Part shown: positions 1 through 7,083 of the stretch, one piece after another
How positions within the stretch are numbered: the stretch's first letter is position 1
How the letters are laid out: each line of letters starts with the position of its first letter
Origin: Fimbriimonadia bacterium
GTDB taxonomy: Bacteria; Armatimonadota; Fimbriimonadia; Fimbriimonadales; JABRVX01
Assembly: GCA_041483895.1 (NCBI GenBank)
Contig: JBGPGO010000028.1
Span: forward strand, 1 to 30,317
DNA length: 30,317 bases
Reading direction: 5' to 3'
Program-made: the position numbers and the translations under genes
The notes under the pieces: generated by a model
Told to the model about the DNA's origin: nothing
What the model saw: only the letters and a program-made list of their open reading frames with translations
Databases searched by the model: none

Positions 1-684
1 TGCGACTGAGGAATCCCTTTCCGGAGTCCCTGGCGGCCACAATCGTTGGCGGATGCCGAGAGGTTCTGAAAGGGATTCCTCGCTTCGCTTCGGAATGACA
101 GCCGTCCTCTCCACACACCGACCACGTTGTCATTCCGAAGGAGCATGCGACTGAGGAATCCCTTTTTCGGCGGGTTGCAAGGAGTCATAACGGAGGCGTC
201 AAAGATCAAGTACGATGGCCTACAGAGAGTACTATGTGTATATCCTTGCCAGCGAATCGGGGACGTTATACGTTGGTATGACGAGGGATCTCGTTTTTCG
301 GGTGTCCGGGCACAAGGCGGGAACGGGCTCCAAGTTCACGGCGCGCTACAAGGTGACGAAGCTTGTCTACTACGAGGTGACCTATGGTCCGTTGGAAGCG
401 ATTGCACGGGAGAAGCAGATCAAGGGTTACCGGCGAGAGAAAAAGGTCAAGTTGATTGAATCGATGAATCCGGGTTGGAGGGATTTGGCCGATCCTAGCT
501 GACTTGGGAAAGGGATTCCTCGCTTCGCTTCGGAATGACAGCCGTGCTCTTCTACACACCGACCACGTTGTCATTCCGAAGGAGCTTGTGACTGAGGAAT
601 CCCATTCAGGACTCTTCAGTGGCTGCGCGAGCACGAGGCAATCCCAGCGTTTTGAAAGAGATTCCTCGACAGGCTCGGAATGAC
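1..684. repeat. REP-like palindromic repeat array flanking the GIY-YIG gene (truncated by the window start)
   Basis: Left arm TGTCATTCCGAAGGAGC(A/T)TG(C/T)GACTGAGGAATCCC at 128-162 and 569-603 (partial at 1-17). Right arm GGGATTCCTCGCTTCGCTTCGGAATGACA at 72-100 and 512-540, variant at 658-684. Arms are mutually complementary at both ends. Unit 69-162 recurs almost identically at 509-603. Confidence 0.93.
215..502 (+). CDS. Small stand-alone GIY-YIG nuclease family protein
   Basis: YYVYIL...LYVGMT (GIY-YIG motif variant), R..H, and AIAREKQIK; 95 aa. Confidence 0.92.
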   Translation: MAYREYYVYILASESGTLYVGMTRDLVFRVSGHKAGTGSKFTARYKVTKLVYYEVTYGPLEAIAREKQIKGYRREKKVKLIESMNPGWRDLADPS

Positions 685-685
685 G

Positions 686-1357
686 TTAGTCCGTCCACCA
701 GGCCCGGTGCAAAACCGCCGGGTTCCATTTGTTGATGAACTTGGCGTGGCAGTCCGCGGCGGCGACGTTATAGCCGCCCTGATGGACACCATTCGGCTGA
801 GGGAACCATTGCGGGCTGTCCGGGTAACGGTTCCACCACATCGATCCCTTGCCGCCATCCACGCTGTTCCAATCGCCCCATTCGTCCGTCGGATCCAGGT
901 CGTCGATCTGGTACCCAAAGTCATAGAACGTGATCGTGTTGGCGGGGCTGTGCACTTTCCGGAGCGAGATCTTGGCTCCCGGCTGGCTGACGATGACGGC
1001 GCTGAGGATGTAGTCGACATGCATCGTGTAGGGCGGCCGCCAGTCCAAATGCTTGGCGGCGGGACACTTCACGATATCTTTGCTCTTGATGTACCGGAAA
1101 TAGGCCGGATACCACCCGGGCTGATTGGGAAACACCTTTGGATCGTATACGACCCACCCCTGCATCATCGGGAAGCTCGTCCAATCGTCTAGGTACATCT
1201 GCTGCCCGTAGGCAAGCTGCTTCACTCCGCTGAGGCAGGACGTGGCAATCGCTTTGGTACGCGCGGCGGCGAAGACGGGGAACAAGATTGCTGCCAGAAT
1301 CGCGATGATTGCGATAACCACCAGCAGCTCGATCAAGGTAAAGGCTCTTCGGTTCAT
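686..1357 (-). CDS. Prepilin-type N-terminal methylation domain protein, DUF1559/H-X9-DG family
   Basis: N-terminal RRAFTLIELLVVIAIIAILAAILFPVF; C-terminal HQGGYNVAAADCHAK (H-X9-D, Cys in place of Gly). Confidence 0.92.
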   Translation of the reverse strand: MNRRAFTLIELLVVIAIIAILAAILFPVFAAARTKAIATSCLSGVKQLAYGQQMYLDDWTSFPMMQGWVVYDPKVFPNQPGWYPAYFRYIKSKDIVKCPAAKHLDWRPPYTMHVDYILSAVIVSQPGAKISLRKVHSPANTITFYDFGYQIDDLDPTDEWGDWNSVDGGKGSMWWNRYPDSPQWFPQPNGVHQGGYNVAAADCHAKFINKWNPAVLHRAWWTD

Positions 1358-1385
1358 TAGGATATCACCATGAGTGCGAATGTCT

Positions 1386-1398
1386 TATTGTACTGCAG
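1386..1398 (-). promoter_or_regulatory. Putative -10 region CTGCAGTACAATA, shared by both DUF1559 genes
   Basis: Identical 13-mer containing TACAAT, 29 nt upstream of the start codon; same distance at 2374-2386. Confidence 0.6.
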
Positions 1399-1423
1399 TT
1401 CTAATAAATTAGGAAGAGTTTTG

Positions 1424-1485
1424 AAAGCCCTCCCCTTTTTTCAGGCGACAGCCTGGAAAAGGGGGAGGGTTGGGTGGGGGTTCTT
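1424..1485 (-). repeat. Dispersed 62-bp palindromic repeat (CCCCACCCAACCCTCCCC...GGGGAGGG), copy 1
   Basis: Reverse complement matches 27583-27644 at 60/62 positions; internal hairpin. Confidence 0.9.
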
Positions 1486-1580
1486 CCTTCCGTGTCGGGG
1501 TCTAGGGTCGCGGTCAGACAAGGGATATCGGCGGACGTGAATTCCGACGCATCGCCCCGCCGCATATGGCTCGCCAGCCC

Positions 1581-2345
1581 TTACTGACATCCCTTCGCCG
1601 GATCGGGCTGGATCTCCTTCCGCGCGGGCAGATACTGACAAAACAACGGACCCCGGTTGTCCCACACCCCAACGGCCATCAATGGATACCGCTTCACATG
1701 CCCATCGGTGTGGAGAATAATCGATCCGTCGGTATGCTGATCCCCGTGATTGTCGTTGTAATCCGGCCAAAATCCGCCGTTATTGATCGTCTTGGCGCTC
1801 TCGTCATAAAGCAAAAATGTGTTCGACGGATAGGTGATCTTGGATTGGCTGATGGTCGGCCCTTGCCAGTTGGTCTGCGGGAACTGCAGCATGTACATGT
1901 TCATGGAATAGGTGGTCCAAGCGATTTTCGGGTCCCAAACTCCGCCGAAGTATGGATTATATACAGGCCTTGTTTGCGATGGGCAGCGATAAATGGCGGC
2001 GCTCTTTGAGTATGGGTACAGTTGGCCAAGCTTGGGATCGGCGATGTAGTCGCACAGCCAGCTGGTGGCGGGAACGCGATGTTTGGCGGTACAGCTCGGG
2101 CACGAACTGTGGTTGCAGACCCATCCGTGGGTGCCGTCAAACCCGTAGGGCGACGGGAACTTGCTCCCGTTGTCGTCGCAATACATCATGAACGACTTGC
2201 CGAGCTGGCCCTGATTGCTGAGGCAGGTTGATGAAAACGCCGCCTCCCGTGCATGGGCGAATACCGGGAACAGGATGGCAGCCAAGATTGCGATGATTGC
2301 GATGACCACCAGCAGTTCGATCAGAGTAAAGGCTTTTTGGACCAT
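1581..2345 (-). CDS. Prepilin-type N-terminal methylation domain protein, DUF1559/H-X9-DG family
   Basis: KAFTLIELLVVIAIIAILAAILFPVF, YRCPS, HTDGSIILHTDGHVK. Confidence 0.93.
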   Translation of the reverse strand: MVQKAFTLIELLVVIAIIAILAAILFPVFAHAREAAFSSTCLSNQGQLGKSFMMYCDDNGSKFPSPYGFDGTHGWVCNHSSCPSCTAKHRVPATSWLCDYIADPKLGQLYPYSKSAAIYRCPSQTRPVYNPYFGGVWDPKIAWTTYSMNMYMLQFPQTNWQGPTISQSKITYPSNTFLLYDESAKTINNGGFWPDYNDNHGDQHTDGSIILHTDGHVKRYPLMAVGVWDNRGPLFCQYLPARKEIQPDPAKGCQ

Positions 2346-2373
2346 TCCGCACCCGCTTTTCCCGTGGATACCC

Positions 2374-2386
2374 TATTGTACTGCAG
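2374..2386 (-). promoter_or_regulatory. Putative -10 region CTGCAGTACAATA
   Basis: Identical to 1386-1398; 29 nt upstream of the ATG at 2345. Confidence 0.6.
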
Positions 2387-2402
2387 GATTCAGATTTTCC
2401 CC

Positions 2403-2891
2403 CTATGGACCGAAGAGTCTTTCGTCCCACCGAACCGGTTGAAGCTTGCCCATCGTGAGTTTGGCGAAGTCTCTATGATCGGGGTTGAGCAATACGTTCC
2501 GCTGGTGAGGCCATGCGACCGCCCCGGGCACGATGAGGGCGACAGTCTTGCCATCGGCAAGCCAGCCGTCCCCGAGCGACCGGGTATAGGAGAGATCGGC
2601 CCACCAATTCAATTCTAATCGTTCGATATCGGCGGTCGCCACGGCAATCCCGGATGGAATATCGATTTCGACGGCTGCCTGATTGGGAGGAATTACGCCG
2701 ATGTTCGTGTGGGCCAGCTTCTCCAGCAATGCCCCTTCGTATGTCATGCAGGCATATATGACCTGTGTGCCTGGCGAGTTCCATCGGCCGCCTAAGAGCG
2801 CTGCGCCATATCCTGACAGGATCGGATGCCGACGATCGGCGATTCGGTATATCGTGAGAGCGGACCGAAGCTTCCTAACTCGGTACGCCAT
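2403..2891 (-). CDS. RES-domain toxin (ParT/MbcT-like, NAD+-consuming)
   Basis: YRIA...SGYGA..GGRWNSPG..VIYA....GALLE; C-terminal LIVPGAV...NVLLNPDH; overlaps the upstream antitoxin. Confidence 0.9.
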   Translation of the reverse strand: MAYRVRKLRSALTIYRIADRRHPILSGYGAALLGGRWNSPGTQVIYACMTYEGALLEKLAHTNIGVIPPNQAAVEIDIPSGIAVATADIERLELNWWADLSYTRSLGDGWLADGKTVALIVPGAVAWPHQRNVLLNPDHRDFAKLTMGKLQPVRWDERLFGP

Positions 2892-3303
2892 AGAAAATGC
2901 GCCACAACAGTTCCTCGACCTCCCGCGCGCCGAGTTCCGAATAGCTTAGCTCCAAGGGCGTCTCCCCGCCGAGGAGCGGATGGGAGACATTAAGGAATCG
3001 TCGGGCGATCTCGTCGCCATCGAAAACGAACTGCGCCGTGGCGACGATGCGCGCAAGCCGCTCCGTCCGTTCGCTCTCCGCCTGGCTCAGTTTCTTGCGT
3101 TTTGAGTAGGTGCCCCGTGGAACCACCCGGTATATGATCTGGTTCGCGCTCTCCCCCATCGCGACGGAAGATGCCGCGTTTCGCAGGGCGGACTTGGGCA
3201 GCCCCTCCGAAACGGCCTTCCTCAATTCGCCAAGCGTGCGGATCTTCTTTCGAAATCCGCGCCGGCCAGCCATCACCCGTACGATATCTTTCGTATCAAC
3301 CAT
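2875..3303 (-). CDS. Xre/MbcA/ParS-type antitoxin (DUF2384-like)
   Basis: LSQAESERTERLARIVATAQFVF...ARRFLNVSHPLLGGETPLEL...GAREVEELLWRIFYG; directly upstream of the RES gene. Confidence 0.9.
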   Translation of the reverse strand: MVDTKDIVRVMAGRRGFRKKIRTLGELRKAVSEGLPKSALRNAASSVAMGESANQIIYRVVPRGTYSKRKKLSQAESERTERLARIVATAQFVFDGDEIARRFLNVSHPLLGGETPLELSYSELGAREVEELLWRIFYGVPS

Positions 3304-3315
3304 ATTTCTATGCCC

Positions 3316-3324
3316 ATTATAGCA
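3316..3324 (-). promoter_or_regulatory. Extended -10 promoter TGCTATAAT for the Xre-RES operon
   Basis: TGnTATAAT consensus ending 12 nt before the ATG at 3303. Confidence 0.6.
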
Positions 3325-3379
3325 TAGATTGATGTTTAGAAAAAAGGGGATTCGTCTTTGAACTCAGAATAGCTGCAAG

Positions 3380-3516
3380 GTGGAACCGCTCTGTACCTGC
3401 CCCGAATGCGGTCAGAAGTTGGCGAACAGGAAGGGGATGAGATGGACGACGAGATGCTTGCTTGGCTTCAAGAAGCCTACAAGGTCGGTTGCCAGGAGCA
3501 TTTGATGAAGGATTGA
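3380..3516 (+). pseudogene. Internally deleted remnant of a DUF5655-like gene
   Basis: GTG-EPLCTCPECGQKLANR (3380-3430) joined out of frame to DEMDDEMLAWLQEAYKVGCQEHL (3436-3516); both resemble the termini of DUF5655-type proteins as recalled. Confidence 0.55.
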
Positions 3517-3530
3517 TGTACAATGGGACT

Positions 3531-3734
3531 ATGCTGTACGTAGATCGGTTTGGGTTGCAGGATGCGAGCCCGGAGAGTCGCAAGGTCCTCTATGATGCGC
3601 TCCGAAAGCGCACGCCGGAGCAGAAAGTACTGATGGTCTTTGACCGGATCGAGGCTATGCGTCAGTTGCGGGCGGCCACCGCGCGTCTGCGAGAGCGGCG
3701 AAGTGACTACGGATCTGATCGTAGCGGTAGCTGA
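3531..3734 (+). CDS. Small putative antitoxin (MenA1/Rv0078B-like)
   Basis: DASPESRKVLYDALRKRTPEQKVLM; overlaps the downstream nucleotidyltransferase; start placed at ATG 3531, 6 nt after TACAAT (3519-3524). Confidence 0.65.
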   Translation: MLYVDRFGLQDASPESRKVLYDALRKRTPEQKVLMVFDRIEAMRQLRAATARLRERRSDYGSDRSGS

Positions 3735-4281
3735 ATTCTGCCGGAGTCTGGATTCGCTCGGCATAAAGTACCTCATAGGTGGTTCCTTTGCTTCCGGAAT
3801 GTGGGGAGAACCTCGGTACACAAACGATGTTGACATCGAAATTTGGCTCAATCCTTCGAAATCATCCGGCTTTGCGCAAACATTTGATAACGAACGCTAT
3901 ATTCTTACTCCCAGAGAACTTGAAGCCATCTTGAACAGCACTGCACTATACGAGTCGATCCAGGTTCTCGATATTGAGAAGGACGCAAGATTTGACTGCT
4001 ATCTCCAAGGTCGATCACCGATCGACCAAGAAGCTCATGAACACGCGGAGACCGTTACCCTAGATTCATATCCAGTTCGCTTCGCATGCGCGGAGCATAT
4101 CCTTGTCCAAAAGCTGCGATGGTATAAGTTGGGGAACCGTGTGAGCGAGCGGCAATGGCGCGATCTGCAGGGTATCGTTCACGTATCCACAAACTTGGAC
4201 TGGAGTTTGGTGCGGCGCTGGGCAGAAGCATGTGATATCACAGACGTGCTTGCCGAATTGAGAGCGGAAGAGAAGATATAG
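3703..4281 (+). CDS. Pol-beta superfamily nucleotidyltransferase, putative MenT/AbiEii-like toxin
   Basis: GIKYLIGGSFAS..WGEPRYTNDVDI (GS...DxD); C-terminal EHILVQKLRWY...SERQWRDL; GTG 3703 preferred over the ORF-track start 3640. Confidence 0.8.
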   Translation: MTTDLIVAVAEFCRSLDSLGIKYLIGGSFASGMWGEPRYTNDVDIEIWLNPSKSSGFAQTFDNERYILTPRELEAILNSTALYESIQVLDIEKDARFDCYLQGRSPIDQEAHEHAETVTLDSYPVRFACAEHILVQKLRWYKLGNRVSERQWRDLQGIVHVSTNLDWSLVRRWAEACDITDVLAELRAEEKI

Positions 4282-4341
4282 TTTGGAAAAGTGGGACTTG
4301 CGATTCGTTATGCGATAGGGTATTGGCGATCCGTCCAAAGG

Positions 4342-4863
4342 TTACAGGAACTTTTCGTACTCGCTCGGTAATGCGATCCCGAATCGTTCGCACAACACCG
4401 AAACGTCGTGGAAATCTTGCTCCTTCAACGTATAGCCGCTATGAAATCGCACCATCCACTCCGGCGAAATGCACTTCACTTGTCTCCCACCGATAGACCC
4501 AATTCCAGTGAGTGATGCGGCGGGAAACATGACGCCCTTTTCAACGGGTCCATAAAGTCCGTTGCCCTCTTCATCGAATACGATGGCGTGGAAATCGACC
4601 TCATGTCCGCGGTCGTCGCTGAGCACAAAGTTCCACGGACTCGTATCGTCCCGCGGTACGTCAAGGTATCCTTCCGACTCCAAGAAGGCCCGCACCGGAG
4701 AAACATCCTTCTGCTGAACAACGATATCCAGATCTGCGTGAGGCCGCGTCTCCTCGCCGAGAAGAGCATCCACTCCCCAACCGCCGTCGATCCAGATTTC
4801 AATTCCCAAATCATGGACCCACAGGCAAAACTCTACGACATCTTCTGTAGTGATGAATGGCAT
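4342..4863 (-). CDS. Lincosamide nucleotidyltransferase Lnu(A)-like / ANT(2'')-related nucleotidyltransferase
   Basis: WIDGGWGVDALLGEETRPHADLDI and VKCISPEWMVRFHSGY motifs; 173 aa. Confidence 0.82.
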   Translation of the reverse strand: MPFITTEDVVEFCLWVHDLGIEIWIDGGWGVDALLGEETRPHADLDIVVQQKDVSPVRAFLESEGYLDVPRDDTSPWNFVLSDDRGHEVDFHAIVFDEEGNGLYGPVEKGVMFPAASLTGIGSIGGRQVKCISPEWMVRFHSGYTLKEQDFHDVSVLCERFGIALPSEYEKFL

Positions 4864-4904
4864 TCCCTGACTACCCTATTCGAGTATACTGAAACTGAAG
4901 CCTC

Positions 4905-6908
4905 ATGAATTTAACTCTCCTTTTGATTGCTGTGTTCGCCACGGCCACCATCGTCGATAGGCCACCCGCAACCGGCGCGAACTCCTTCTATTCTCCCAAC
5001 CGAGCGCCGCTCCGCCAGACCCCACTCGTCAAGCTTCCCATCACCGCCTTCAAGCCCGCAGGGTGGCTGAAAAAGACCCTCCAACTACAGCGCGACGGAC
5101 TGACCGGACATCTCGGAGAGATATCGGTCTGGCTGACCAAAGAAGATAATGCCTGGCTCAATTCGAGCGGCAAGGGGAAGCATGGCTGGGAGGAAGTGCC
5201 CTATTGGCTGCGCGGATATTCGCGCGTCGGCTATGTCCTGAACGATCCAAACATGATCAAGGAGACCAAAGTGTGGGTCGAAGGGTCGCTCGCCAGCGCC
5301 AGGCCTGACGGCGATTTTGGTCCGATTCAGATCAAGGGGCAGGGCGCGCGAGACCTTTGGGCACAGATGCTGATGCTTCAGGTTCTCCAGTCTTGGTACG
5401 AATATTCGGGAGATTCTCGGGTCATTCCATTCATGACGAATTACTTCCGATGGCAACTCGCGATCCCCGACGACAAATTCTTGACGGACTATTGGGAAAA
5501 CAGCCGTGGAGGAGATAACCTGGCCAGCGTGTATTGGCTCTACAATCGCACGGGCGAGCCCTTCCTGCTGGAGCTGGCCGCCAAGATTGACCGCTGCACG
5601 GCGAACTGGCGGCAGAAAGAAACGCTCCCCAATTTCCACAATGTCAACGTCGCCGAATGCTTCCGCGAACCGGCAACCTTCTATCAGCAGAGCCGAAAGC
5701 CGGAGGACCTTGAAGCGAGCTACCGCGACTTCGACCTCATTCGCCGGATGTACGGCCAAGTGCCCGGCGGCATGTTTGGGGCGGATGAAAATGCCCGTCC
5801 TGGCTTTGACGACCCCCATCAGGCAACCGAGACCTGCGGTTTTGTCGAGCAGATCGGCTCGAACGCGATCATGTCGGCGATTACCGCCGATCCGAAATGG
5901 GTTGCAAATACCGAAGACGTCGCATTCAATTCCCTGCCCGCGGCCTTCACTGCTGACTATCGGGCGTTGCGATACCTGACCGCTCCAAACATGGTGATCA
6001 GCGATGCCGCCAATCATTCGCCGGGCATCGAAAACGGCGGCCCCTTCTTGCTCATGAATCCTTTCAGCAGCCGGTGCTGCCAGCACAACCACAGCAGTGC
6101 TTGGGTCAATTTTCTGGAGGGCACGTGGATGGCTACCCAAGATAACGGCCTGGCTGCGCTCACGTTTTGCGAGGGAGCAGTCACCGCAAGGGTCGGCGAC
6201 GGCAGCGATGTGACAGTGCAATGCAAAACGAAGTATCCGTTTGAAGGCAAAGTGCGGTTGACGATCGAGTGCGCCAAAGAGAATCGCTTTCCGCTCTATC
6301 TGCTGATTCCTGATTGGGCGAAGGGCGCCAGTGTCAAAGTTGCCGGTGAAAAAGTGGCATCAGAGGTCGGCAAATACGTTCGCATCGAGCGCTCTTGGCG
6401 CAATGGCGATAAAGTGGAGATCGACCTGCCCATGAAGCCTCGCACGAAGGTGTGGGACCGATCGAAAGATAGCATCAGCGTTGAATGCGGTCCGCTCACG
6501 TTTAGCCTCAAAATCGACGAAGAGTACAAACAGGTTGAGGGGTTGAAGCACATTCAGGGCGATTCCGGCTGGCAACCGGGCGTCGATCAAAGCAAGTGGC
6601 CCGCTTTTGAGATCCTGCCCAAGACCGCCTGGAATTTTGGGCTCCTCGAGCAGCCAAAACTCAAGGTCATCCATCGGAAATGGCCCGCTGACGATATGCC
6701 ATTCACCATTAACAGCGCGCCGATTGAAATTGAAGCCTTTGGGCGGCGAATCCCGAATTGGACCATAGATAAGAACGGTCTGGTCGCCATACTGCCGCAA
6801 AGTCCGGTCCATACGGATTCGCCCACCGAGCGAATTCTGCTCGTTCCAATGGGAGCCGCGCGCCTGCGCATCAGCGCATTCCCACAGGTAACCGGCTCCA
6901 AGAAGTGA
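4905..6908 (+). CDS. Secreted GH127/GH146-family beta-L-arabinofuranosidase-like glycoside hydrolase
   Basis: Signal peptide; GWEEVPYWLRG, HNVN, TETCGFVE, CCQHN, T.YPF, IPDWA, LVPMGAARLRIS. Confidence 0.88.
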   Translation: MNLTLLLIAVFATATIVDRPPATGANSFYSPNRAPLRQTPLVKLPITAFKPAGWLKKTLQLQRDGLTGHLGEISVWLTKEDNAWLNSSGKGKHGWEEVPYWLRGYSRVGYVLNDPNMIKETKVWVEGSLASARPDGDFGPIQIKGQGARDLWAQMLMLQVLQSWYEYSGDSRVIPFMTNYFRWQLAIPDDKFLTDYWENSRGGDNLASVYWLYNRTGEPFLLELAAKIDRCTANWRQKETLPNFHNVNVAECFREPATFYQQSRKPEDLEASYRDFDLIRRMYGQVPGGMFGADENARPGFDDPHQATETCGFVEQIGSNAIMSAITADPKWVANTEDVAFNSLPAAFTADYRALRYLTAPNMVISDAANHSPGIENGGPFLLMNPFSSRCCQHNHSSAWVNFLEGTWMATQDNGLAALTFCEGAVTARVGDGSDVTVQCKTKYPFEGKVRLTIECAKENRFPLYLLIPDWAKGASVKVAGEKVASEVGKYVRIERSWRNGDKVEIDLPMKPRTKVWDRSKDSISVECGPLTFSLKIDEEYKQVEGLKHIQGDSGWQPGVDQSKWPAFEILPKTAWNFGLLEQPKLKVIHRKWPADDMPFTINSAPIEIEAFGRRIPNWTIDKNGLVAILPQSPVHTDSPTERILLVPMGAARLRISAFPQVTGSKK

Positions 6909-6945
6909 ACTTGGTGGAGCCAAGGGGACTCGAACCCCTGGCCTC
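6908..6945 (-). repeat. att-like 38-bp direct repeat of the tRNA-Ala 3' end
   Basis: AACTTGGTGGAGCCAAGGGGACTCGAACCCCTGGCCTC identical at 6908-6945 and 9184-9221. Confidence 0.93.
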
Positions 6946-7083
6946 ATAGATGCAATAATGACACGAGCGAAGACTGAATTCATCCAATTCGGAGATAATA
7001 GCAGGGGGATTCCTAGTCAAGCTTCGCAGAATAATACCCTTCTATTTCCTAAATAGGCCTTCTTCGCCGAATAACTTTGTTCG

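Noticed and set aside
1..684. CRISPR array
   Set aside because: The repeat unit is ~94 bp, one 'spacer' is a whole gene, and there are no cas genes; the architecture is REP-like.
1486..1580. Possible structured RNA between the two DUF1559 genes
   Set aside because: GC-rich with weak pairing only; no second copy or recognisable motif.
6908..6960. Second intact tRNA gene
   Set aside because: Only the 3' part is present; there is no D-arm or 5' acceptor strand.
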